A DNA stretch of 64,000 bases from Eledone cirrhosa (lineage: Eukaryota): NCBI GenBank assembly GCA_964016885.1, contig OZ024741.1, positions 371,132,001 through 371,196,000 on the forward strand, read 5' to 3'. Position numbers and translations under genes: made by a program. The notes below the pieces were generated by a model. That model saw nothing but the letters and a program-made list of their open reading frames with translations, searched no databases and was not told the DNA's origin. The first letter of the stretch is position 1, and each line of letters starts with the position of its first letter. Below are positions 13,843-26,439 of the stretch, in pieces.

Positions 13843-13910
13843 ATATATATATATATATATATATAGGTATATATATATATATATATATATATATCTATAT
13901 CTATATATAT

Positions 13911-13941
<31 letters not shown>

Positions 13942-14043
13942 TCTATATATATATATATCTATATATATATATATATATATCTATATATATATATCTATAT
14001 ATATATATATATATATATCTATATATATATCTATATATATATA

Positions 14044-14086
<43 letters not shown>

Positions 14087-14219
14087 ATATATATATCTAT
14101 ATATATATCTATATATATATATATATATATCTATATCTATATATATATATATATATATATCTATATATATCTATATATATATATCTATATATATATATAT
14201 ATATATCTATATATATATA

Positions 14220-14277
<58 letters not shown>

Positions 14278-15394
14278 TATATATATATAGATATATATAT
14301 ATAGATATATATATATAGATATATATATATATATATATATATATAGATATATATATATATAGATATATATATATAGATATATATATATATAGATATATCT
14401 ATATATATATATATCTATATATAGATATATATATAGAGATATCTATATATAGATATATCTATATATAGATATATCTATATATAGATATATCTATATATAG
14501 ATATATCTATATATAGATATATCTATATATATATATCTATATATAGATATCTATATATCTATATAGATATATATAGATATCTATATATCTATATCTATAT
14601 ATAGATATATCTATATATAGATATCTATATATCTATATAGATATCTATATATCTATATATATATATAGATATAGATATATACAGATATATATAGATATAT
14701 ATATAGATATATAGATATATCTATATATATATAGATATATCTATATATATATATAGATATATATATAGATATATAGATATATCTATATATATATAGATAT
14801 ATCTATATATATATATAGATATATCTATATATATATAGATATATCTATATATATATAGATATATAGATATATCTATATATATATAGATATATAGATATAT
14901 CTATATATATATAGAGATATATAGATATATCTATATATATATAGATATATAGATATATCTATATATATATAGATATATCTATATATATATAGATATATAG
15001 ATATATCTATATAGATATATATATATATAGATATATAGATATATATATATATAGATATATCTATATAGATATATATCTATATAGATATATCTATATAGAT
15101 ATATATATATATAGATATATCTATATAGATATATATATAGATATATAGATATAGATATATATAGATATATATAGATATAGATATATATAGATATATATAG
15201 ATATAGATATATATAGATATAGATATATAGATATATATAGATATATATAGATATATCTATATAGATATATAGATATAGATATATATATATAGATATATAT
15301 ATATCTATATATAGATATATATATATCTATATATAGATATATATATATATATATATATATAGATATATATATATATATATAGAGATATATATAG

Positions 15395-15452
<58 letters not shown>

Positions 15453-15742
15453 TATATATAGATATATATATAGATATATATAGATATATATAGATATATA
15501 TAGATATATATATATCTATATATAGATATATATCTATATATATCTATATATATATATATATCTATATATAGATATATATCTATATATATATATATCTATA
15601 TATAGATATATATCTATATATATATAGATATATATCTATATATATATATATCTATATATAGATATATATCTATATATATATATATCTATATATATATATA
15701 TATATATATCTATATATAGATATATATCTATATATATATATA

Positions 15743-15777
<35 letters not shown>

Positions 15778-16070
15778 ATATTAAGATATATATATATATA
15801 TATATATATATCTATATAAAGATATATATATATATCTATATATATATCTATATATAGATATATATAGATATATCTATATATAGATATATCTATATCTATA
15901 TATATATATATATCTGTATAACTATATATAGATATCTATATATATATATATATATCTATATATCTATATATATATCTATATAAAGATATATATATATCTA
16001 TATATATATATCTGTATATCTATATATAGATATATATATATCTATATATATATATATAGATATATATATA

Positions 16071-16105
<35 letters not shown>

Positions 16106-16132
16106 ATATATATATATATAGATATATATATA

Positions 16133-16172
<40 letters not shown>

Positions 16173-16182
16173 TATATATATA

Positions 16183-16215
<33 letters not shown>

Positions 16216-16289
16216 ATATATCTATATAGATATATCTATATATATATATATATCTATATATATATCTATATATATATATATCTATATAT

Positions 16290-16330
<41 letters not shown>

Positions 16331-16560
16331 TATATATAGATATATATAGATATATATATATATATCTATATATAGATATACAGATATATATATATCTATA
16401 TATAGATATACAGATATATATATATATATATATATAGATATATATAGATATATATAGATATACAGATATATATATATATATATAGATATATATAGATATA
16501 TATAGATATATATATATGTATCTATATATATATATCTATATATAGATATATATATCTATA
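13843..16560. repeat. 2.7-kb (TA)n tract with TATC/GATA variants
   Basis: Direct reading. Confidence 0.98.
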
Positions 16561-17056
16561 TAATAACTTAATTAGCACCGGGCCTCGTTTGTCCTAAATC
16601 CAGCTGCTTGTCCCAAAGAGAATGAAATGTATGTTCAGGATATGAAATTCCAGTACATTATTGAACAACTATGCAAAACCATCCTTGCTAAATTTGAGGG
16701 ACCTACTTCTATTTTATGACAGAAAGGTATGCTAGGTTGTTAACAGGTTGCATCATGTACTTGTCAGTTTGACAGGTTGTCTTGAATTGTTGACAGGTCT
16801 GCAACTAACTTATGTCAAATTATGTTGGCAGCTGTACTTCATATTCTCATATAACATTAAACATATCCTGATATTTCACAAATTGGAAGAAAATTAATAG
16901 GAAATTGCACGTGTAACCCAGTTTCTAATTCTGATTTGTGGAATTGTAGTCATGTCATTGGAGGAGGTGCATAGCTTATTCAACTGAAATATTTGGACAA
17001 CCAGCCAAGGGGACAATAATCAGTATTCCATAAAACCAATAATGATATTATAGGCC

Positions 17057-17344
17057 CAGGTGCATAACTAAGGAAAATAGCGCCTATTGCAAGCAGAAAA
17101 AATTGCACCCCTTCCCAGCACTGTATGCTCACCTATGGGCCTAATAATTTATATAAATGGTTTAATGATCCAGCCACCATAGTGTTCTCACCCATGATAG
17201 AGACAGAGCATACATCTGAAGAAGTTTCTTTTTTCACTCTCCGACGATAGCATATCTGATTTAATAGAAACTGCTCCTAGTCAGAGTGGCACACCCCCTT
17301 TCAAGGCATGTGCCATGCTTGCCAGATCCTTAGTTATGCCTCTG
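17057..17344. mobile_element. Possible hAT-type MITE
   Basis: Imperfect TIRs caggtgcataactaagg / ccttagttatgcctctg; no clean 8-bp TSD. Confidence 0.45.
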
Positions 17345-17495
17345 CATGGTCATGAATGACCATGGAAATAAAGTGGTTTGCTCAAGGACACAACACATGC
17401 ATAAATGCTTGCAACAGAATAGACTTTGATAAAGATACCTTAGAACCAGTGGGTGGTATTAAATCTAGTAACTGATAATATCTGCCACCAAAGTA

Positions 17496-17550
17496 CAAGG
17501 GTCAGTTGAAAAGTTCATAGTCAGCCTATGAACTTTTCAACTAACCCTCG
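17496..17550. mobile_element. 55-bp mariner-type MITE (TIRs only)
   Basis: TA|caagggtcagttgaaaagttcatag..ctatgaacttttcaactaaccctcg|TA. Confidence 0.8.
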
Positions 17551-17718
17551 TAAGCCATGGTGGGATAGAAACAAATACTACAAGGCATCCTATCTTCCAG
17601 CCCACTGCTCGTGACTAGTACACTAGTTGTCAGTCGTCTAATGTTTCTGTCAAATTGCCACCCATGTATAATACATTCATTGAAAACAATATACATGCAC
17701 TTGTGTGTACATGTGTGC

Positions 17719-17752
<34 letters not shown>

Positions 17753-17886
17753 TTATAAGGATATTTATATTTATATATGTTTAATACAACTATAAATATG
17801 GAGGGTAGTACTAAGTACTAGCCGGTTACCGGTATGACAAAAGGCTGAATGACTAAGATTTTAGTTACATGTTTCAACATTCCCTA

Positions 17887-17933
17887 TGCTCTGATGGATC
17901 CAGACTTCCTTCTGGAAGAAACAATTGTCAGCA
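17887..17933 (+). ncRNA. Minimal hammerhead motif (CTGATGG variant) in a solo pLTR-like segment
   Basis: tgct CTGATGG a tccaga cttcct tctgga a GAAAC aatt GTC agca; palindrome ACAATTGT. Confidence 0.7.
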
Positions 17934-18143
17934 AATAAATGTTCTAAACTAAAATTTGATCGCTTTAGCACTTTGTGTGAATATATATATATATATATAT
18001 ATATAAGCAAAAGGGATATTCAATTTGTTGGTAATTCAACAAATATATATGTTTATAACTGATTCAAAGCACTCGGCAGATTTTCTGGAGTATAATATTC
18101 AATGATATTAAATAAATGGAAACTATATTTATAAAACCATATT

Positions 18144-18204
18144 TATTCTATCATATATATTTCAAGGGTACCAAAACTTTGGTACGCTCTCATCAGATAA
18201 AATA
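18144..18204 (-). ncRNA. Hammerhead motif homologous to 3374-3438 in a solo pLTR (~18006-18280); N17=G, probably inactive
   Basis: Minus: tattttat CTGATGA gag-c-gtacca aagttt tggtac-c-ctt GAAA tatatat G atagaata; downstream flank matches ~3435-3478. Confidence 0.75.
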
Positions 18205-18713
18205 CAAAGTTTGTTTTATAAATATTGACAAAACCAGGAAAGAATAACTTAATGGTTCAAGAGTTTTTTCTTGATAGAATTGAATATATATATATATATG
18301 GATTGAATATATATATATATATTGTTATACTTTGGGAGGGTCATGTTGCCAATAAGAAACACACGCACCAGTTGCTTTCACTCCAATTTATTATAAATTT
18401 CCATTTTCAGATAAAGAATCTTGCTGAACAAATTCAAAAACGAAATATATATATATTGAATTGAATATATATATATATGGATTGAATATATATATATATA
18501 TATATATATGAAATTAGAATCTTATTTCTCACCCTAGCACAGCTAATACATAAATGTAAATATGCATACACATGCACATATAGACACACACACACATATA
18601 TACATATACATATATCAAATATTAATAATAATATTCAATGCGGTGCCGGTGACCAATCATTGACAGTTTGTTCAACACCAGCATTGAGGATCAATCAACA
18701 TGTTTCTTTGACT

Positions 18714-18745
<32 letters not shown>

Positions 18746-18785
18746 AATTTTACATCCGCTTTTCCCTGCTTGCAAGGGTGGGACA
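18714..18785 (-). mobile_element. Tail-only RTE (family B) insertion
   Basis: Reverse complement of the 23915-23976 tail incl. (GAT)n. Confidence 0.85.
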
Positions 18786-19120
18786 ATTATATAATAAAAG
18801 GAGGAGTGTGGGACTGTGTCCTGAAAATATTTTTTTATCTCATTAGTAAAATAAGTTGGATTACTTTGAATAAATAATGAATAAATATTATATAATTTAT
18901 GTACTAAATTTCGTAGCTGTTGATTAAACATAAATATTCTTATATATATATAATAATTGCTTATTTTAAGATTCACTCCTTTTAAAATTTTCAAATGTCA
19001 ATACTTCCGGTTATGATAGAACGGATGCTATATCACATATCGCTTATATAGACGTTCATATATTTGAATCATTAATCATAACTAGCAGAAAAACCACCCG
19101 AAAGGTGGTTTTTCTGCTAG
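18786..19120 (+). mobile_element. Non-autonomous Helitron-like element (5' end lost)
   Basis: 3' hairpin ccacccgaaaggtgg then CTAG|T; homologous to 55204-55941. Confidence 0.7.
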
Positions 19121-19353
19121 TTATTATTAATGTTCGATATATCCCCATGCGTACATATGTATATATGTACGTGTGTATATATATGTGGGTGTGTGCGTGT
19201 GCATACTTACATTTATGTATCAGCTGTGCGAGGGTGCGAAATAAAATTCTAATTTTATTTTAAATTTTCAGCAGGGCTAGTCGTACCTCGCTTGGTATGC
19301 AAATGCGGCTACTCAGCCGATGTATACTTAAGAAAATGTTATATATTTTCAAC

Positions 19354-19440
19354 TGTTCAACAGATTGGCAGAGGTATACAGTCCTGATGAAGGGTAACGA
19401 CCCAGAAACGTTGATTGTTCCTCAATGCCAGTGTTGAACA
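19354..19440 (+). ncRNA. Minimal hammerhead motif at the apex of a long stem I
   Basis: acagtc CTGATGA(19384-19390) a ggg taacga ccc a GAAAC GTT gattgt; stem I extended by gagg/cctc, tggca/tgcca, tgttcaaca/tgttgaaca. Confidence 0.75.
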
Positions 19441-19550
19441 AACGGATGACAATTGGTCATCCGCATGGTTCAGTTTTATCGGGCCATTTGTTTACAAACA
19501 AAATCGAATATTATTATGTGTGTATGCATGTATATATATATATATATATT

Positions 19551-20790
19551 TATAAAAATGAAGAATTAGAAATAGAAGCCAGGACTATCCGTCATCAGTG
19601 GTCTACTAGCCATCATAGGTATTTCTTCGCATTACAGACCATATACTTCAGGCTGGGGCGATGCAATAACTAAAATAAGTTATTGGGATAAAAAGAGTTG
19701 GGTGGAGAAAGAGAGACAGGTAAAAAAACACGAATGGTGAGGCAACGTAAAGAGAGGAAAAAATGAGAAAAGTCAATAATTCATTTTGAACATGAGAACG
19801 TGCGAATATTGACGAGAAGACGAAAGACACATCTTGGCCGTGCGAATGTGAGCGAGGAAAGAATTTTGTACGGTGTGGGACGATGGAGGAAGGGAGAGAG
19901 AGGGTGAGTAGCAGAGAGTGAGTGAGTGAAAGTGTGAGGAAGAGGCTAGCTGAGACAGGGTGACTAGCAGAGGGGGTGAGTGAAAGTAAGAGGGAGAAGG
20001 AGAGAGAAGGGAGAAAGAGGATAGCAGTAAGGGAAGAGAAAAAGACAGGTCACAGCGAAGGGGAAAGCATATATGAATGAAAAATGGTGAGCTGTGTTGT
20101 TGCAAGTAGGATATATATAAAAATGAAGAATTAGAAATAGAAGCCAGGACTATCCGTCATTAGTGGTCTACTAGCCATCATAGGTATTTCTTCACATTAC
20201 AGACCATATACCTCAGGCTGGTGGCTAGTAGACAACTGTTGACGGATAGTCCTGGCTTCTATTTCTAATTCTTCATTTTTATATATATCCTAGTTACAAC
20301 AACACAGCTCACCATTTTTCATTCATATATGCTTTTCTCTTCCCTTACTGCTATCCTCTTTCTCTCTCTCCCTTCTCTCTCCTTCTCCCTCTTACTTTCA
20401 CTCACCCCCTCTGCTAGTCACCCTGTCTCAGCTAACCTCTTCCTCACACTTTCACTCACTCACTCTCTGCTACTCACCCTCTCTCTCCCTTCCTCCATTG
20501 TCCCACACCGTACAAAATTCTTTCCTCGCTCACATTCGCACGTTCTCATGTTCAAAATGAATTATTGACTTGATTTTCTCATTTTTTCCTCTCTTTACGT
20601 TTCGTATTTGTTTACCATTCGTATTTGTTTACCAGTCTCTCTTTCTCGACCCAACTCTTTTTAACTTATTTTAGTTATTGCATCGCCCTAGCCTGAAGTA
20701 TATGGTCTGTAATGCGAAGAAATACCTATGATGGCTAGTAGACCACTGATGACGGATAGTCCTGGCTTCTATTTCTAATTCTTCATTTAT
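19551..20790. repeat. ~565-bp unit in tandem, folded back into a ~1.2-kb imperfect palindrome (centre ~20221)
   Basis: 19551-19655 repeats at 20116-20220; 20222-20790 is the reverse complement of the left part; the unit continues at 23977-24020 beyond the RTE. Confidence 0.9.
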
Positions 20791-20802
20791 ATATATATAT
20801 AT

Positions 20803-23800
20803 CTTTAGGAAGGGCATCCAACCAGTGTATCAATGCCAAAAAGCTTATCAGCACAGCAACAAATAGGAACAACAACAAAATATGAAGACGTCGCATCTCA
20901 GAGTTGCAACACTTAATGTTGGCACTCTCAGAGGTAGATCTGCTGAAATAGCGGAGATGCTGGAGAGAAGGCAGGTGGATGTGTGCTGCGTGCAAGAGGT
21001 GAGATGGAGAGGTGCCTCTGCGAGACTAGTCGTAGGCAAGCGTCTTAGCTATAAGCTATTCTGGGTAGGTAAGGATGATGGGTTAGGGGGAGTAGGCATT
21101 TTCCTGGCTGAGAAATGGATCAATAAGACAATAGAGGTAGTTCGAGTTAGTAATCGAATAATTAAGCTTAGATTAGTTGTAGGTAGGAGACTACTGACAA
21201 TCATCTCGGTCTATGCTCCCCAAGCAGGCCTAGGCAAAGATGAGAAAGACTGCTTTTATGAGCAACTTTTGCAAACAACCACAATGACAGAGGACGGAGA
21301 CATCGTTATGCTAGCAGGAGACTTCAATGGTCATGTTGGACAGCTCCAGGATGGTTACACTGGGGTACATGGTGGGCACGGTTACGGTTCAAGAAATGAA
21401 GAAGGAGTGAGACTTCTTGAATTTTGTGATGCAAGTACATTGACTATTTGCAACATAAACTTCCAGAAACCTGCCAATCACCTAATAACCTACAAATCTG
21501 GTGAGCACATAAGCCAGATTGACTTCCTGCTAGTTAGGCAGCGGGACAGGCAGATAGTGTCTAATACCAAGGCATACCCTGGGGAAGAATGTACCCCACA
21601 GCATAGGTTAGTTGTTAGTGATATCTCAGTAAGCAAGAGATGGAATGAGACATATAGGAAGGTGTGGAGAAGAAAGGTCTGGAAGCTAAAAGACCTTTCA
21701 CTAAAATTCAAATTTAGGAAAGCCCTTCAAGATGTATATGACGAAAAAGAAGACAATTTAGAGACGTATGACATAGATAATAACTGGAAGTTCTTACGTG
21801 ACAACTTGCTGCAGGCTACTGATGAAACCTGTGGCTGGAGCAGAGCTCCAACCAGACAGAGAGTGACCTGGTGGTGGAACAGCACAGTAGATAAGGCTAT
21901 TAGAGACAAAAGACTAGCATGGAAGGCTTGGAAAAAGGGTGGGAGTAGGGAAGAATATACAGCCACTAAGAGAGAAGCTAGACGTCAGGTGTACTTAGCA
22001 CGCAGGAGGCAGAGAGTAGGAGGTTTGCCAATGTTCTGCGACGGGAAGATCAGAGGCGTGCGGTGTTCCACATTGCAAGGCAGTGTGTCAATGCAAATCA
22101 GGATGTTGTTGGTGATAAATGTGTCCGGGATGATGCCGGTGTACTTAGTGTCACGAATGACCAGAAAAAGGAGGCCTGGAAATGTCATTATGAGAGACTG
22201 ATGAATGTGGAGAACGAATGGGAGAGAGAGAAATTACCCTTGGTAGATCCGACAGAGGGACCAGCTATTGAGATTGACGAATATAGGGTCCAAGAGGCGA
22301 TTAGGGAAATGAAAAATGGTAAGGCGGCCGGACCATCGGGAATAGTTCCTGAGATGCTGAAGGCATCAGGGGACGTAGGCACTAAACTGGTTGCACGCAT
22401 CATCAATCAGGCTATATATGGTGGTGTCATACCCAAAGACTGGTGCAGCAGTATTCTTATAAATTGCTACAAAGGTAAAGGGGATGCTTTGGAGAGGAGC
22501 AATTATAGGGGTATAAAACTGATAGATCAGGTTATGAAAGTGGCAGAAAGGATTTTAGCACAACTAATTAGAGAAAGGGTCAAACTAGATGAGATGCAGT
22601 TTGGTTTTGTGCCTGGGAAGAGTACAACAGATGCCCTCTTCTTGGTGAGACAAATGCAAGAGAGGTTCTTAGAGAAGAATAAGCCACTATACTTAGCCTT
22701 TGTTGACCTAGAGAAGGCCTTTGATAGGGTACCCCGATCTGTCATCTGGTGGTCCCTAAGGAAGCTGGGTGTTGAGGAATGGCTTGTGAAGACAGTGCAA
22801 ACTTTGTACAGAGGTACTCTCAGTAAAGTCAGGGTAGGAATGGAGTTTAGTGAGGAATTCCAGATACAAGTAGGAGTACATCAGGGTTCGGTCCTCAGCC
22901 CGCTCTTGTTCATTATAGTCCTCCAAGCCATAACAGAGGAGTTTAAGACTGGCTGTCCATGGGAACTTCTCTATGCTGACGATCTGGCTCTTATGGCAGA
23001 ATCAGTAGAGGAGCTAGAGAATAAATTCCGGCTATGGAAACAGCAGTTGGAAGCAAGAGGACTGAGAGTAAATCTAGCTAAGACAAAAGTGTTGATGAGT
23101 AGAAAAGAGGACAAAACCCTGATTCCGCCAGGGAAATGGCCATGTTCGATATGCAGAAAAGGAACTGGCATAAATTCTATAAAATGCACACAATGCAGGT
23201 CCTGGGTACACAAGAGATGTAGCGGGATAGCAGGCAAACTAACAGGTAGGGAGAAATATGTATGCAGTAGATGTATAGGGAAATTAGACAGTAGAAGTCG
23301 CACTGATAGACACATTTTTCAAATACGAGAGGGCGCTATAGAAGTGGTGGATAGCTTCCGGTACCTAGGAGATCAGATTAGCATGGGAGGAGGGTGTTCC
23401 GAGGCCATAGTATCTAGAATAAGGACGGGTTGGAAGAAGTTTAGGGAGCTGCTTCCTCTGTTGACGAAGAAGGGTTTCTCCCTGCGTACGAAAGGCCGGT
23501 TGTATGATGCCTGTGTGAGGAGCGCGATGCTGCATGGTAGTGAGACATGGGCAGCAACCGCAGAGGATATGCGACGGCTGGAGAGAAATGAGGCAAGCAT
23601 GCTCCGTTGGATGTGCAGTGTAAATGTGCGTGAACGACCCAGCATAAATGTGTTGAGAGAGAAACTGTGTCTGAGAGGGATAGAATGTAGTGTACGGGAG
23701 AGGAGACTGAGGTGGTATGGACATGTGATGCGCATGGAGGATGACCGATGAGTGAAGAAGTGCCAGGAAATGCCAGTTGAAGGAAGACGTGGTAGAGGTA

Positions 23801-23976
23801 GACCACGAAAAACATGGGCGGAGGTGGTGAGAACAGACCTCAGATCATTGAAGCTCACGGTGGAGATGACGAAGGACCGTGACGAGTGGAGAGATGCTGT
23901 GCTGAATAAGACCCGTCCCACCCTTGCAAGCAGGGAAAAGCGGACGTAAAATGATGATGAGGATGATGATGATGAT
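20803..23976 (+). mobile_element. Near full-length RTE LINE (family B) with one frameshift (~22006) and one premature TGA (23749-23751)
   Basis: ATG 20882; LNVGTL..VQEVRW APE start; RT motifs; PHD finger 23143-23274; stop 23949; (GAT)n tail. Confidence 0.95.
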
Positions 23977-24024
23977 ATCCCATTTGCAACAACACAGCTC
24001 GCCATTTTTCATTCATATATATAT

Positions 24025-24135
24025 GTAATATACGCGAACGGCAAAGCATAAATAATAGTAATATACGCGAACGGCTAAGCATAAATAATAGTAATATACG
24101 CGAACGGCTAAGCATAAATAATAGTAATATACGTG
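24025..24135 (+). repeat. 33-bp tandem repeat (3 copies + partial) made of RTE ORF sequence at a 5' junction
   Basis: gtaatatacgcgaacggcaaagcataaataata at 24025, 24058, 24091; matches ~12686-12714. Confidence 0.9.
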
Positions 24136-24751
24136 ATACGCGAACGGCAAAGCATAAATGAATTGAGAGAGAGACTCAGCATAAGAGGAATCAAATGCTG
24201 TGTGCAGGAGAGGCGGTTGCGTTGGTATGGACATGTGATGCGTATGAAGGGTGACAGCTGCATAAAAAGGTTCAGAGCACTAGAAGTCAATGGAAACCGC
24301 AGAGTGGGGAGACCCAAAAACACCTGGGATGAGGTGATAAAAGCCGACCTTACCCAATTACACCTCTCAAAGGCGATGACACACGACCGTGACCTCTGGC
24401 GTCACGCAGTAATACAGAGTACCCGGCCTCCCATGGGTACAAGCTGAAGCATATAGACAATATGCCCCGACACCCTCCCACTGCAAAGTGGTCGTGGAGG
24501 TGCCACGGCAAAAAAGCACCCAGCCCACACTGTAAAGTGGACGTGTAGGCGCCACGGAAAAAAGCACCCAGCACTCACTGTAAATGAGGTTGGTGTTAGG
24601 AAGGGCATCCAGCTGTAGAAATCAAGCCAAAATCAGTTCCTGCATGAGCAAGGCATGGTCAGCCGACCAGACACTGCCCACAACAGGACAACCCGTCTAA
24701 CCCATGCTAGCGTGGAAGAACGGACGTAAAACGGTGATGATGATGATGATG
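24124..24751 (+). mobile_element. 5'-truncated RTE family A copy
   Basis: Near-identical to ~12686-13307. Confidence 0.95.
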
Positions 24752-24904
24752 TATGTGCGTGTTATATATATATTTGTGTGCGTATGCATACTTACATTTA
24801 TATATATATATATAGTTCTAGGGAATTCAATATTTTGCTCGGTGAAACTAATCTAAAAACATTCTTAATATTTTGGGGTTTACTTATGTTTATTTTATGT
24901 TGAG

Positions 24905-25060
24905 ATGGCTGTACTGTTTTAAGGAGTTTACTTCACAGCAACATGGTTTCAGGCCCAACCCAATGTGCAGCACTTTCTGCAAGTGAATTTTTATCGTAAC
25001 CTTGCATTGATCAATACAGTTTGAGAGGAATTTGGTAATTAGAGACTATGCAGAAGGCCA
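24905..25060 (+). mobile_element. Degenerate tRNA-derived SINE (second family; a reverse copy lies at ~50620-50832)
   Basis: Decayed tRNA-like head followed by a ..gaatttggta..agactatgcagaagg body. Confidence 0.4.
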
Positions 25061-25119
25061 TTATATTTACATGTATATGTAGAACAATAAAACGATAGGT
25101 ATTTGTGTACATGTCTGGT

Positions 25120-25815
25120 TAATAATCATGAAATTATTTTTACGGTGCTCAGGTGCACTACAACTCACCAAAGGTGCATGTATAGTACATAGAATAAAGT
25201 ACAAATGTCAGGAAAGTGAACAGTGTATGAGTCATGATATACATGTGTGCGAGTGTATGGAGAGGGGATATCAGGTGTAGTGTCGGCGAATTACAGGAAG
25301 CATGGAGGTTTTAAAGAATGCAGTGTCTCAGCAGCTAACAACTGATGCAGATAGTTTGTTCCATGCTTCAGCAACTCTGAGCGTGAAAAAATGTTTCAAA
25401 AGTCATGGGAGTTGTGCTGTTTTCTGACTTTGTTGGCATGCCCACGTGTGTTAGACACATGGAATTCAAAAAGGTGACCAGGGTTGTTGTTGGCAAGATG
25501 GTTGATAATTTTGTGGGTGTTTACCAAGTCAGTTGCCAGACGTCAGAGCTTCAATGTATCCATGCCCAGGGAAGCAAGGAGTTCAGAGTACGTTAGATAC
25601 CTGATGGAGGGTATTCGCTTGGTTGCATGTCTCTGAACAGTTTCCAGGAGGTCAATGTTCTGAGCAAGATAGGGGTTTCAGTCTGGTGATGCAAATTCTA
25701 AGTGTAGCCGCACCATAGCTGTATACAGCTTTAAATAGATAGCTGGAATGTGGCTGACAAAGGTCTTACTGAGTGATGCCAAGACACCCTCGGCCTTCTT
25801 GGCAATTTTTTCACT
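25120..25815 (-). mobile_element. CR1-clade LINE 3' fragment
   Basis: Minus-strand translation LYTAMVRLHLEFAS..LETVQRHATKRIP..NTRGH..FFTLRVAEAWNKL, with stops. Confidence 0.85.
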
Positions 25816-26066
25816 AGGTTAAAATCCTTTGTTGCTGTATGTATTGTATACCTTTATGTTCCATGCTTTAACAGTTCAACAATTAGAAATTGATAAAACA
25901 AGTATGCATGGTCCCGTAACTCCCAAGGGAGTATTGTCACACACCGTTTCTAGAGTATTTTTAAACCTGGTGGATCCCAATCTTCTCCAGGTCAGAATAC
26001 AGCACATTTCTTCCAAAGAAGTAAAGTGAGTGAGAGAATGGAAGTCAGAAAGTAATATAGAGAAAG

Positions 26067-26160
26067 AATCGACCCCAGTATAAAACTCGTACTTTTTTTA
26101 TCGACCCTGAATGGATGAAAGGCAAAGTTGACCTTAATGGGATTTGAACTCAGAGAGCAT
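26067..26160 (-). mobile_element. tRNA-derived SINE fragment (Meta-SINE-like core)
   Basis: Minus: gagttcaaatcc..aactttgcctttcatcc..gggtcgataaaa..gtac. Confidence 0.75.
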
Positions 26161-26439
26161 TTTCTTTCGTTCTCCATTTCCCGGTCCATCTCAATGCTAT
26201 TCTATATTCGCTTATTACTGTTATATGCTATTCTATAATTCTGTTAGGTTGTATTAAATATTATTCGCTTATTACTGTTATATACTTGTCCAATTATGCC
26301 CAAATTTCGAGGATTTTATTTAAACCTTCTCGCTAACTACCCCATACCCCTCCCACCCGCCTCCACTCACCACCTTTATTATTATTTCGACCAATCATAA
26401 GTCAGTGGCCTATGCTATCACTTCTTCCGGTTGCCTTTC

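Noticed and set aside
19081-19121. Bacterial intrinsic terminator-like hairpin + T run
   Set aside because: Better explained as a Helitron 3' terminus; context is eukaryotic.
23749-23751. In-frame TGA aligned with a Cys of family A as possible recoding
   Set aside because: The related copy at ~60720 has TGG (CWVKK), so it is a simple Trp-to-stop mutation.
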